DNA of 64,000 nucleotides from Promethearchaeota archaeon (GCA_019058295.1 JAHPZI010000022.1:1-64000), one strand, 5' to 3'; shown: positions 10,301 to 20,185, counted from the stretch's first letter. The notes: generated from the letters alone by a model not told the origin. Translations and numbers: made by a program.

Positions 10301-11485
10301 ATGTATGACGTCCTAATTTCGGGAGGAGGTCCTGCCGGTTCCAGATGTGCTGAAATTATAGCGGAGGCGGGTTATAAAGTAGCGTTAATTGAAAAAGATA
10401 CTAATTGGCGAAAACCCTGTGGAGGAGCTGTTAGTGCGAGAATAATGTCTAAGTATTATCCTCAGTTAAAGAAGCTTAATCCTCATAAATTCAGTGGTGC
10501 TATAATGTTTTCTGGTGATTATCATAAAATAGAATATAGTTGGGAAAAATTAATTGCAGATACTATAATTGTCGATCGTTTGGAATTTGATACTTTTATA
10601 AGGAATATCGCAGTTGAGAAAGGAGCAGAGCTTTATGATAAAAATATTTCATTTGATTTTGTAGTAAAAGATCAAAAGAAAATTGGTATAAAGACAAAAA
10701 CACCCTCGGGGATTAAAGAATATTTAGGAAAAATCATTATTATTGCTGATGGAATGAGTTCTAAATTAGCCGTTAAATCTGGTTTAAGAGAACGTTGGAA
10801 AGTTGAAAATTTAGGTTTAGCGAAATGTGCGATTCTTGAAGGCGAAAATAATCTTGATAAGAGAAGAATGTATCTTTATTTTAGAGAATACAAAGGATAT
10901 GGTTGGATTTTTCCAATAGGTGAAAACCGCTATAATATTGGATGTGGTACTTTTGCTGAAGATAATCTTAAATATAATTTGAATCAGATCTTTGAAGACT
11001 TTTTAAATGATCCTCACATTAAACAATTTTTCCCAAAATCTAATTATAAAAAAATCTGGGTTGGATCTTACCCACTATCGGCAAAAGGAGTATTAGAAAA
11101 CAGTCTATGTGGGGATAATATTATGATTATCGGAGATGCAGCTGGATTTGTATCTCCTATTAGCGGTGAGGGTATACATCCTAGCATAGTGTCTGGTCAA
11201 ATCGCTGCAGAGGCCGCAATTCAAGCACTCCAGACTGATGATATCTCTAATCGTACATTGAAGTACTACAAAAACCATAAATATATTAAGAAGATGATTA
11301 GAAATTTCAAATTGAAACGTTCAATGGTAGAATTTTTTTATGAAAAACAAGGGGTAAATCTTGATAAAATGTTCGAATTAGCGGAAAAAAATGTTGATTT
11401 TAGAAACGAAGTCATTAAAATGTTTTTTTTTAATGCAGCGCCCTCAAAAGATTTTTTTTCAAAAATAAAAAACCTTGAAGGTTAA
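10301..11485 (+). CDS. geranylgeranyl reductase family FAD-dependent oxidoreductase (tandem paralog)
   Basis: GGGPAGS, KPCGGA, GYGWIFP, GDAAGFVSPISGEGI; colinear with upstream paralog. Confidence 0.9.
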   Translation: MYDVLISGGGPAGSRCAEIIAEAGYKVALIEKDTNWRKPCGGAVSARIMSKYYPQLKKLNPHKFSGAIMFSGDYHKIEYSWEKLIADTIIVDRLEFDTFIRNIAVEKGAELYDKNISFDFVVKDQKKIGIKTKTPSGIKEYLGKIIIIADGMSSKLAVKSGLRERWKVENLGLAKCAILEGENNLDKRRMYLYFREYKGYGWIFPIGENRYNIGCGTFAEDNLKYNLNQIFEDFLNDPHIKQFFPKSNYKKIWVGSYPLSAKGVLENSLCGDNIMIIGDAAGFVSPISGEGIHPSIVSGQIAAEAAIQALQTDDISNRTLKYYKNHKYIKKMIRNFKLKRSMVEFFYEKQGVNLDKMFELAEKNVDFRNEVIKMFFFNAAPSKDFFSKIKNLEG

Positions 11486-11534
11486 AATCTTATTATCATC
11501 TATTTTATTAATTCTTAAATTTATACTATAATTA

Positions 11535-12974
11535 ATGGAAATTAAAAAGGATATTATCCCGTTAAAAACAAAAACATATTACGGATTAGGTTCCTTTGGG
11601 CTCCAATTAACAACGGGCTTATTTGCGGCTTGGACTTTAATATTTTACATAAAAATCGTCAAGATTGACCCATTATTGTGGGCTCTTGCGTGGATTATTT
11701 ATTTAGTTTGGAATGCTGTAAATGATCCTCTTTTTGGATTTTTTTCAGATAATACTCGTACTAAGTACGGAAGAAGAATTCCTTTTATAATGGTGGGTGG
11801 ACCATTAATGTCAGTAAGTTTTGTTTTACTTTATTTAACTCCAACCGACAGCGAACAATGGGTATATTTTATCTGGTTATTAGTTACTTTAATTATTTAT
11901 GATAGTTTTTTTACAATTGTCGGCTTATGTTTCAATTCTCTCATGAGTGAATTATCTATTGAGCCAGATGAACGAGCAAAAATGAATTTATTTGCTTCTA
12001 TTGGGGGTGGTTTAGGAATAAGCATAAGTTATGCTCTTCCTATTCTCTTCATTCAAAATGTCCAACCATATAGTCAAAATCGCCCAATATTTTTAACGAT
12101 TGTTATTGTTGTAGCGATATTAGGTTCTATTTTTTTATTATTTACAGCTTTTGGGATAAAAGAAAGACCGGAGCTATTACCAGATGAACAAGAAAATTTA
12201 GGATTGCTGGCATCTACAAAAACTACTTTAAAGAATAAGAATTTCTTGATTTTTGTTGCTTTTAATTTTATGATGACTTACGTTGTATTAGCTGTTATGT
12301 CAAACCTTCCGTTTTATATTCAAGATGTTTTGAAGGTTTCAAGCGATTCACTTCTTGCCACCCTGCCTTTATTAATGTATCTGGGTTTTTCATTGATAGG
12401 TCTTCCTTTAGGAATTATAATGAATAAAAAATTTGGCAATAAATATGCTATACTATATTTATCTTCTGTAGTTATTATTGGCTTTATAATGGTGACTTTT
12501 GCAAATAACATTATTCTTGCGAGTATCAGTTTTGCTATTATTGGATTCGGTTTTTCAGGTCAAACTGTATTAGTTTTTACATTATTAGCAGATATAATAG
12601 ATGAAGATGAATTAGAAACTGGTGTAAGAAGAGAAGGGATGTATTTTGGAACGAATGCTCTAATTACAAAACCGGCTCAATCTGTCTCAGCCGCTGTATC
12701 TGGTTTAATATTTTATTTCTTTGCTTACGATCAAGATTTGGGTCCTGGCGAATCTCAACCAGCAAGTGCTATCTTTGGGATAAAAATTTTGGTGGGGCTT
12801 ATCCCTGCAATTTTTATTATAATTGGTATGATCTTTTTATGGTTATACCCTCTCAATCCTAAAAGCGAGGAGTATAAAGAAATGAAACAAGCGTGTAGTG
12901 ATTTACATGATGAAAAATTACGCCGATGTCGGGAGAGACTAGCTTGTTTAGAAGACGAAAATAGAAATAAATAA
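11535..12974 (+). CDS. MFS transporter, GPH/MelB-like family
   Basis: WNAVNDPLFGFFSD..RTKYGRRIPF, ADIIDEDELETGVRREG, 12 TM segments. Confidence 0.9.
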   Translation: MEIKKDIIPLKTKTYYGLGSFGLQLTTGLFAAWTLIFYIKIVKIDPLLWALAWIIYLVWNAVNDPLFGFFSDNTRTKYGRRIPFIMVGGPLMSVSFVLLYLTPTDSEQWVYFIWLLVTLIIYDSFFTIVGLCFNSLMSELSIEPDERAKMNLFASIGGGLGISISYALPILFIQNVQPYSQNRPIFLTIVIVVAILGSIFLLFTAFGIKERPELLPDEQENLGLLASTKTTLKNKNFLIFVAFNFMMTYVVLAVMSNLPFYIQDVLKVSSDSLLATLPLLMYLGFSLIGLPLGIIMNKKFGNKYAILYLSSVVIIGFIMVTFANNIILASISFAIIGFGFSGQTVLVFTLLADIIDEDELETGVRREGMYFGTNALITKPAQSVSAAVSGLIFYFFAYDQDLGPGESQPASAIFGIKILVGLIPAIFIIIGMIFLWLYPLNPKSEEYKEMKQACSDLHDEKLRRCRERLACLEDENRNK

Positions 12975-13011
12975 AATAACGAAGTAAGATTAAATCTAAC
13001 ACTTCAGTTTT

Positions 13012-13536
13012 TTAAGATGTCGCTCTTTTTAGAAGAATCTCTGTTAAGGTTTCAAACGCTTCTTTAACATTTTGTCCGGTCTTTGAGGATAATTCAACGA
13101 ATGATGCTAGTTTATGTTTTCTTGCAGCCTGTATTCCATCTTCCCTATTAATTGCTCGAAATCTATCTAAATCAAGCTTCGAGCCAACTAGCATTATTGG
13201 AATCTTTCCAGCGTTGCTTTTTACGCAATCTGTCCAACTGGAAATACTCTCAAGAGTAAGGGCGTTTGTAATATCATACAGAAAGAAGGCTCCATTGGCT
13301 CCTAAAGAATAATGCGGAAGGAGGAATCTAAACCTTTCTTCTCCACCAAAGTCCCAAATTTGTAATTTTACTTTTTTGCCACTAACGGTAAGGATTTTAG
13401 AATAAAAATCAACGCCTATAGTGAGTTTAAGATCTTCTGTAAAATATCCAGAGATATATCTAAGGGTAAGCGAGGTCTTACCAACGCTAGCATCTCCAAG
13501 CATCAGAACTTTAAATGTATAATCATAATCAGTCAT
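13012..13536 (-). CDS. Rab-like small GTPase
   Basis: GDASVGKTS, TIGVDF, WDFGGEERF, SKLD, SSK motifs. Confidence 0.92.
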   Translation of the reverse strand: MTDYDYTFKVLMLGDASVGKTSLTLRYISGYFTEDLKLTIGVDFYSKILTVSGKKVKLQIWDFGGEERFRFLLPHYSLGANGAFFLYDITNALTLESISSWTDCVKSNAGKIPIMLVGSKLDLDRFRAINREDGIQAARKHKLASFVELSSKTGQNVKEAFETLTEILLKRATS

Positions 13537-13716
13537 AAAAAAAATTCCTGATTTTTTTAAAAAAATTTATGATATTATTAGACAAATAAATATTAAATTG
13601 TTGTCAATAAAAACTTTTAATTTTTGATCAAATATAAATCAAATTCTAATAAAAATCAAAAAATTTAGTATCTCGTTACAATTATTATTGTTCCTTTTTT
13701 TATAATTCTCTTAAGG

Positions 13717-14988
13717 ATGTTAAAAACTAATTCTATAAAAGTAGACGATAAAGAATTTGATAGTGCTTCGAATAGTTTAAATAATATCGGTTTAACAAAA
13801 GAACAAATCTTATTGAAAGATTTGAAGTATATTGCTCAAGAATATGTTGAACTTGAAGAAGTAAAAGATAAATTTTGCACTGCAATCCTCAAAAATCTTA
13901 ATGATTTAGACTTTTCAGATTTAATAAAATATCCTAAATATAACATTAAAGAAACACAAATAAAAAAAGAAGTTTCAGCCTCTTGTATCAGTGGATTGAA
14001 TTTCGTGAGTGTTGATGGTAGTTCAGTTATTAAGAAATTTATGAATGTAGACTTTTCGTTTTTGAAAGCGTTGGCCGTTAAATATTACTTTTATAAAGAT
14101 GGTAAAAGCGCAAGAATTGAATATTATCCGGACTTAAACGGCTTCAACAATTATTCCATACAAGGTAATTTTCTTAACAGGGATGAAAATCTTGTGCAAA
14201 ATAAAATTTCAATGGATATGACTTTCATGGAAATAAAGTTATTAAATAAGTTAATAAATAGGTCAACGGATATTGATTTCATCATAATAGATGGATCAAT
14301 CGTACCAACACCTATTAATTTACTTTTTTCTCAAGATTTTGAAATTTCCAAAAAATATGATGAATTATTGAAGGAATACCATAAATTATATTCAAATTGC
14401 AAAGAAAAAGGGATTATCTTAATTGGTTCAATCAAGGACACTCGCACATCTGCATTATCGCATTTGTTAAGAGATACAATACAACTATTAAAACCAAATA
14501 AAGATTATTTAAACGATTTTATTAAAATAAATTATCGAAAATTAATTGATTATTTTTCTGATTTAGAATTATTCAATAAACTGCTAAAAAAGTCTGAAAG
14601 AAGTTGTATTTTTATGTGTAAACGAGAAATTGATAAAATTCGAGATACAGGGATTAAAAAAGAAATACCCTATTACTTTCCACTTACATTTTATGCATTT
14701 TATCTAAAAACTGTTAAATATGATACACCTTGTAGAATTGAATTTTTCACGGACGAGAGTACTAACTTTAAAAAAGCAGCTGAAAAAGCAGATTTAATTT
14801 CTTCAATGCTTTTACCTATTTCTTGTCTAAACGAACGATATGGTTTGCCCATACCTCAAATTGAGGCCCATAATAGAGCAGTTTTTAAACCTCATGAAAT
14901 TAATTTATTATTTAATAATTTAACGAGAATTTTAAATCAAAATGGTATTAATCTTCTCGAAAAACGGCGTGCCCGAAGACCCTTTTAA
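13717..14988 (+). CDS. nurA: NurA family nuclease
   Basis: VDGS, IIIDGS, IKD, YGLP.P.IEAH motifs. Confidence 0.82.
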   Translation: MLKTNSIKVDDKEFDSASNSLNNIGLTKEQILLKDLKYIAQEYVELEEVKDKFCTAILKNLNDLDFSDLIKYPKYNIKETQIKKEVSASCISGLNFVSVDGSSVIKKFMNVDFSFLKALAVKYYFYKDGKSARIEYYPDLNGFNNYSIQGNFLNRDENLVQNKISMDMTFMEIKLLNKLINRSTDIDFIIIDGSIVPTPINLLFSQDFEISKKYDELLKEYHKLYSNCKEKGIILIGSIKDTRTSALSHLLRDTIQLLKPNKDYLNDFIKINYRKLIDYFSDLELFNKLLKKSERSCIFMCKREIDKIRDTGIKKEIPYYFPLTFYAFYLKTVKYDTPCRIEFFTDESTNFKKAAEKADLISSMLLPISCLNERYGLPIPQIEAHNRAVFKPHEINLLFNNLTRILNQNGINLLEKRRARRPF

Positions 14989-15653
14989 GTAGCCTCTATT
15001 TCTAATTTATTTAAGATAATATCTTCAAAGAAAATATGCTTTTTTGCCAAGATCTCATTTTTAAAACCTAATTTTTTTATGTATTCATTTAATTGGGTTA
15101 AATCTGACTTACTTGAACTGATAAAATAGATATAAGCATCTTTCTTGACAAAATCCTTTACTTCGCATAAAAATCTCATAATCACCTCAATTCCTTTTGG
15201 TCCTCCATCCCAACTAACATCACTTCTAGTTTTATTATTAGATTCTGTAAACTTCTGTAATGATGGTAAATAAGGGGGATTAAAAATAACAATATCAAAT
15301 AATTGTTTAAGGTATTTTGGAAAGGATTTAAATAAATCAGAAATAATAAAATTCAGCGTATTATCGAAATTGTGGGTATTTGCGTTTAATTGCGCACATT
15401 TTATTGATTCTTCTAAAATATCAGACGCAAAAATTTTTGGATTAAAATTTGGATTGTTAACTTTAATCAATTGGAGAAATATTGCAATTATCCCGGTTCC
15501 TGTACCAAGATCTAAGATATGTTTAATATTACGTATGGTTTTCCCATCGAAGCTATCATTTTTAATATTTTCTTTAAAATAATCAATAATTAAATAAGTG
15601 TCATCGGATGGAGTATAGACATTTTCGAAATCATAATGTATTAATGGCCTTAT
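14985..15653 (-). CDS. HemK2/MTQ2 family release-factor glutamine methyltransferase (start extended to a putative ATA)
   Basis: the frame continues upstream of the track ORF and contains VYTPSDDTYL and LDLGTGTG; FNPPY and WDGG downstream; in-frame TAA immediately before ATA at 15653. Confidence 0.85.
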   Translation of the reverse strand: MRPLIHYDFENVYTPSDDTYLIIDYFKENIKNDSFDGKTIRNIKHILDLGTGTGIIAIFLQLIKVNNPNFNPKIFASDILEESIKCAQLNANTHNFDNTLNFIISDLFKSFPKYLKQLFDIVIFNPPYLPSLQKFTESNNKTRSDVSWDGGPKGIEVIMRFLCEVKDFVKKDAYIYFISSSKSDLTQLNEYIKKLGFKNEILAKKHIFFEDIILNKLEIEAT

Positions 15654-15664
15654 TTAAATCACGT

Positions 15665-16510
15665 TCATTTATTTAATTTTTCGTAATTAAAAAAAATTTT
15701 ACTCAATTCTATAAAATCTTCAATTCTTAGGCTAAATAGCTTGATATTTTCAAAATTATTGCTTTTTAAAATTTGTAATATTTCTGTTTTATCTCTTTTT
15801 AAATATAATTCTAAAGCATTTGCAAGATTTTTATTTTTATAAGGCATAATTCCAGCAATGAATTTTAGATAATAATTAATATTTTCGGTGTTCATTAGAA
15901 ATTGATGGATATTTTCTTTTGGCATTACTTTTATAAGGGATAAATCAATTTTTGGTAAGGGATAAAAACAATTTCGCAATATAGGAAAATTACTGACTGG
16001 ATGCATGAATGAATTAAAAGAAACAGTAATTCTAGAAAAAGTTTTATAATTTCTTTCAGAAAAAATACGGTTAGCAATATTGCTTTCAATAGTAATAATT
16101 CCTTGAGGAGGATTGGATTTAAAAAATACTTTTTCTAAAATTGGACCGGTGATTGAATATGGAATATTAGCCACAACTTTATTGAATTTAGGAATTTGAA
16201 TTTTTAGGATATCCCCTTCTATGATTTCTATATTATTATAATTTTCAAATCTTTTTGAGAGGTACTCGCAAAATTTTGGTTCTATTTCAACAGCGTAAAT
16301 CTTATTTACCTTTTCCACTAATAATTCCGTTAATACTCCTAGCCCAGGACCAATCTCTAATATAACATCGTTATTTGAAAGGTTAGATTCTATTATGATT
16401 TTTTTCGCAATATTTTTATCAATTAAGAAATTTTGGCCTAAACTCTTTTTAGGTTTAATTTTTAATTGTTTTAAAATTAGCTGAATATCTCTTTTATTCA
16501 TACCTTTCAT
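15665..16510 (-). CDS. rsmA: 16S rRNA adenine dimethyltransferase RsmA/KsgA/Dim1
   Basis: KKSLGQNFL, LEIGPGLG, ANIPYSIT. Confidence 0.95.
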   Translation of the reverse strand: MKGMNKRDIQLILKQLKIKPKKSLGQNFLIDKNIAKKIIIESNLSNNDVILEIGPGLGVLTELLVEKVNKIYAVEIEPKFCEYLSKRFENYNNIEIIEGDILKIQIPKFNKVVANIPYSITGPILEKVFFKSNPPQGIITIESNIANRIFSERNYKTFSRITVSFNSFMHPVSNFPILRNCFYPLPKIDLSLIKVMPKENIHQFLMNTENINYYLKFIAGIMPYKNKNLANALELYLKRDKTEILQILKSNNFENIKLFSLRIEDFIELSKIFFNYEKLNK

Positions 16511-17166
16511 TCATATTTTTGCGTTTTGCTGAATAAGTAGTACTTAACATCTCTAGATAACTCTTTAATTATTCTAAGGGCTATTTGCTTGGGTGGATTA
16601 CTAATACTCGTCCGGTCCGCTATATCTTGAAACGTTACAAACTTTTGTTTCTCTCTTGCGTCTATTATCTCCCACATGTGCTTTTTTCCTATCCCGGGTA
16701 GTAATTTTAAGGCATGCATTCTAGGAGTTATTGCTGTAGAATTATTAAAGAAATTTATAAATTCTTCTTCATAATTTAAAATTTCTTTTTCGAGCACCGG
16801 TTGGATCAATGCTTTGGAGGTACTAGTTAAATCATTATAATCGATTTTTTTCAGAACTTCTTTTAATTTACCTGTTTGTAAAAATTCTTCGTAAAAGCCC
16901 TTCTCTTCAGGTTTGAGATTGGAGTTTTTATCAATTTTTACTTCATATAGGACGAAATCAGGAAAAGTAAGAACCTGTGTGAGTGGTGTCTTTGTCCAAC
17001 TAGGCTTATCTTCCTCGGGATGGCCATGCGGCAAAATATCTAATATAATTAGCAATCGAGACTTTTTTATAAATTGTTTTTTTTTTCTTGGTTTTCTGTC
17101 TCGATAAGGTGGACCCTTGCGATACGAAGGTTTTCTGTATCGATCTCTTCTTTCCATAACCACCAA
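16507..17166 (-). CDS. DUF655 family RNA-binding protein
   Basis: ILD.LPHG, ITPRMHALKLLPGIGKKHMWEI; conserved position between rpo4 and rsmA. Confidence 0.88.
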   Translation of the reverse strand: MVVMERRDRYRKPSYRKGPPYRDRKPRKKKQFIKKSRLLIILDILPHGHPEEDKPSWTKTPLTQVLTFPDFVLYEVKIDKNSNLKPEEKGFYEEFLQTGKLKEVLKKIDYNDLTSTSKALIQPVLEKEILNYEEEFINFFNNSTAITPRMHALKLLPGIGKKHMWEIIDAREKQKFVTFQDIADRTSISNPPKQIALRIIKELSRDVKYYLFSKTQKYE

Positions 17167-17344
17167 CTATAAAATTTTCTACTTTTCTGATATCCATAAT
17201 TTTTTTTTTTTTTTAAGATATAAATTAAATTCTTAATGTTTAATGGGATTACTCATTAGTATTAAAAACGATAAAACTTATAAATTCATCGTTCTAAGTT
17301 TGTAATAAACTTATCTTACAATTAATATAATGAATTGAATTTTA

Positions 17345-17719
17345 TTAAGAGGTTTTTAAATCATTTATTTGAGATAAGAGTTCTAGAAGTTTCTCGTTAT
17401 TCAAAGTTTTTCCAGTAAAACTCTTCTCTAACACAATTCTCAATTCTGGAACGGTTTGGGGATTAATATTGATTATGTTAATCGCAAACATTTCTTCAAG
17501 GTCATATTTCTCCATTAGAAACTTTTTAATTTTTTTAGCATCTTTATCAGACATTTTAGCATAATGATTTACATAATTATAGGTAATTTCTTGAAAATGG
17601 CTCATGCCTTCTTCAGGATCGATTTCATCTACTCGTTTTTTGACATTTTCCATAATCTTCTTTACTTCTGGTATGGATACCGTCTTTTCATCTATTTTCC
17701 TTCCAGACAATATAAACAC
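17345..17719 (-). CDS. rpo4: RNA polymerase subunit Rpo4 (RpoF)
   Basis: VSIPEVKKI...Q..TY.Y...AINIININPQTVPELR; operon context; true start may be TTG at 17710 after AGGTG. Confidence 0.88.
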   Translation of the reverse strand: MFILSGRKIDEKTVSIPEVKKIMENVKKRVDEIDPEEGMSHFQEITYNYVNHYAKMSDKDAKKIKKFLMEKYDLEEMFAINIININPQTVPELRIVLEKSFTGKTLNNEKLLELLSQINDLKTS

Positions 17720-17775
17720 CTTAATTTTATTTTTAATTTGCAGTTAAATTATTAAAAAAAATCGTCTTTTATCAA

Positions 17776-18084
17776 TTATTCTATAATAGAGATATGGTTT
17801 AATCTCAAATGTTCTTTTCCTATTATTAAAAGCTTTTTTGATTTTCCTAACTTTACTTCGACCTCGTAGCAGCGACCTCTTATTCCAGTAATTACTCCAG
17901 TTCGACCATGATATCTGCGATGCGGCATTCCACGTTTGTGTTGAGAAGGATCTGTTATGATATCCACTTTATCATTAATTTTATAATCTATTAAATGCTT
18001 TTCAATCGATCCTAAGCCACGTGCTCGTACTTTTTTTCTATGCTTTTTTCTGCATTTATTACGGTAACCTTTATGTATAGTCAA
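17776..18084 (-). CDS. rpl21e: 50S ribosomal protein L21e
   Basis: KGYR..CR, D.VDI..DPSQH.RGMPHRRYHGRTG...EHL. Confidence 0.95.
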   Translation of the reverse strand: MTIHKGYRNKCRKKHRKKVRARGLGSIEKHLIDYKINDKVDIITDPSQHKRGMPHRRYHGRTGVITGIRGRCYEVEVKLGKSKKLLIIGKEHLRLNHISIIE

Positions 18085-18201
18085 ATTCTTTAACCTTAAG
18101 GCAAGTTAAAATAATAATTACTCTATTATTTTAGTTAATTTATGAATTATACTTTATTTATTTTATGATTTAGTCAATACGTTATTTTTTAATTGTTTTT
18201 T

Positions 18202-19563
18202 TCAATAATCTACATTAATAACATCCAATTCTTTACAAATTAAGGGGCTTTCAAATATTTCTGCAAAAGAGGGAATTGTCTTACCATTATCTCCATTTAT
18301 TAATTCTTTTATATAGGTTCCTCCCTGTGTTTCAATTATAAACTGGAATAGATTCGGTTTTATCTGTTTAGCTTCTATTTTATAAATAATTTTTTTCCTT
18401 ATTATATCAGCACGTCGATGAGAAACCCTAGTAGGAGTTCTTTGATTAACTTGTTGATTTTCAAATATTTCTTTTAATTCTTTTATATTTTTGTTAAATT
18501 CCTCAAGATTTAATTCTTTTTCGGCTTCTACTAATACTTTGTATGTTTTTCTTGACGTTTCTGCTTTAGATTTAATTCTTATGACTTCTTTTTTGTTGCT
18601 ATATCTTAGATCACAGATTTTTATTTTTCCAGCATTAGTTTGATTAACCCTAGTTTCAATATTATCTAAATCTAAAGTTCTTACTTTTGGACTCTTTAAT
18701 TCAAGAATGAATGGCCTCCCAGTGCCTAACATCCTCACATCAATATCTTCCCGCCCAGCACCATGAAATTTTGAATCTGTCGCTTGGGTTTCTTTAAAAA
18801 ATTCAGGAGTAATTAATTCTTCAACGCTTATCTCATATTGTTTGCCAGAAAAATTACAAATCTCACAACCTTTTCCTTGACAATTTCTGCACATCCAATG
18901 AGTTTGAGGGATGCCTCTAATTAGTTTATTATATCTTCCAGCTATAAAGACAGATTTTATAATTAATTCTATTTCAAAATTTTTAAACCCAATTGAATAT
19001 AAAAAAAGTATATCAGGGTTGCTAAATTCAGCAGGTTTATTTAATTCTGTGGAGATTGTTTTTCCAACAACGCGATTAAAATGGCTTTTAAACGATTCTG
19101 AACTTAAGATATTGAACTCTGCTTTAAATTTATCTTCTCGATTAATTATTTCGGAATCTGGACTTGTACCCACTAAAATACTATTAAACTCGATATTTTT
19201 AACTAATTCTTTTGCTTTATCTATATAGATTTGTAAATTGAGATATATATCATTGCATAAATAACATTCTTTTATCTCATTACATAAGGTATACTCTATT
19301 CCCTCGTTTTCTAATACTTTTTTTGCTGGTATGAATCTAGCATTTTCAGCTAATATACGCAAATTAACAAGAGCAACTTCTTCTTTGTCCTTTTTTCTTG
19401 ATAAATAAAGATCATGATTTTCCATTGTGATTGAAAGAAGTAGAGAGTTACCTCTCTCTATATTTGTCGTAGCAGTTCCCAACAAAGCAAAACATCGACC
19501 AAGGCAATGTGGACAAATATAATATTTCCGATAAATTTCTATAACTTTAGATGAAATATTCAT
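18202..19563 (-). CDS. pus10: tRNA pseudouridine(54/55) synthase Pus10
   Basis: GRYNKL.RGIPQT.W, FHGAGREDIDVRMLG.GRPF, QRTP.RVSHRRAD, GGTYIKEL. Confidence 0.95.
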   Translation of the reverse strand: MNISSKVIEIYRKYYICPHCLGRCFALLGTATTNIERGNSLLLSITMENHDLYLSRKKDKEEVALVNLRILAENARFIPAKKVLENEGIEYTLCNEIKECYLCNDIYLNLQIYIDKAKELVKNIEFNSILVGTSPDSEIINREDKFKAEFNILSSESFKSHFNRVVGKTISTELNKPAEFSNPDILFLYSIGFKNFEIELIIKSVFIAGRYNKLIRGIPQTHWMCRNCQGKGCEICNFSGKQYEISVEELITPEFFKETQATDSKFHGAGREDIDVRMLGTGRPFILELKSPKVRTLDLDNIETRVNQTNAGKIKICDLRYSNKKEVIRIKSKAETSRKTYKVLVEAEKELNLEEFNKNIKELKEIFENQQVNQRTPTRVSHRRADIIRKKIIYKIEAKQIKPNLFQFIIETQGGTYIKELINGDNGKTIPSFAEIFESPLICKELDVINVDY

Positions 19564-19749
19564 AATCCCATTTATGATAATGATAAATAGCTTTTTTTTT
19601 TGTTGATTTTATTTTATTTTAGGAAAAGGGATTAAAAAGATTTTAAAATAATTTATTTTTTTATAACTTAAATTAAAACATATGAATTAAGATATTTTAA
19701 ATAAATTTATATTCCTACAATAGTACTAAACTTGATTAAGTGTTGTAAT

Positions 19750-20064
19750 ATGGCAAAGAAAAAAGGAACGGCAGAAGGTAGTCGAGTAACCGGACACGTG
19801 AAAAATTAAATCGATCTCCGATTAGCTTAATATTGAAATTAAGCATTTAATTCATAATGGTTCGATTACAAAAAAGGCTATGGATTTATTTCCGTAGATG
19901 ACCGGGACGATATTTTTGTCCATTTTTCTAATGTTGAGATGGAGGGTTTTAAGAAGTTAGATATGGGAGACACAGTTGAATTTGAAATTCAAGAAAATTC
20001 AACGAAAGGAAAAGGACCTGAAGCATTAAAAGTAAAAATACTTGTGAAAGATCGTCGATATTAG
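19750..20064 (+). CDS. cold-shock domain protein, two exons (19750-19803 + 19858-20064), 86 aa after splicing
   Basis: exon1 MAKKKGTAEGSRVTGHVK + exon2 WFDYKKGYGFISVDDRDDIFVHFSNVEMEGFKKLDMGDTVEFEI...KGPEALKV...; RNP1 (KGYGFI) and RNP2 (IFVHF) intact; absent from ORF track. Confidence 0.9.
19804..19857 (+). other. putative 54-nt bulge-helix-bulge (BHB) mRNA intron
   Basis: central helix GTGA(19798-801)/TCAT(19852-55), 3-nt bulges AAA(19802-04) and AAT(19856-58), inner helix ATTAAAT/ATTTAAT, exon-exon helix 19786-97/19859-69; canonical cut sites rejoin GTG AAA|TGG TTC. Confidence 0.85.
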
Positions 20065-20185
20065 AGAATTTAAATTTTTAAATTTTTAAAACTCTTTTAT
20101 TTTAATTTTACTTAAATATATCTGAATCTACTATCAATTTTATTTAAAAAATAGAATAATAAATATCTAAAAAACGATTTAAAAT

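Noticed and set aside
13717-14988. herA-mre11-rad50-nurA operon
   Set aside because: Only nurA is present in the window
17199-17214. Long T/A homopolymers in spacers as phase-variable tracts
   Set aside because: Common throughout this AT-rich genome and possibly sequencing-length artefacts
19681-19690. TATGAATTAA complementary to the 3' strand of the BHB (19847-19856) as an anti-splicing element
   Set aside because: Probably upstream of the promoter, and AT-rich enough to occur by chance
19804-19857. csp as a simple pseudogene, frameshift or MITE insertion
   Set aside because: Both exons are intact, no target-site duplication is visible, and the boundaries coincide exactly with BHB cleavage positions; the ATG at 19857 is out of frame
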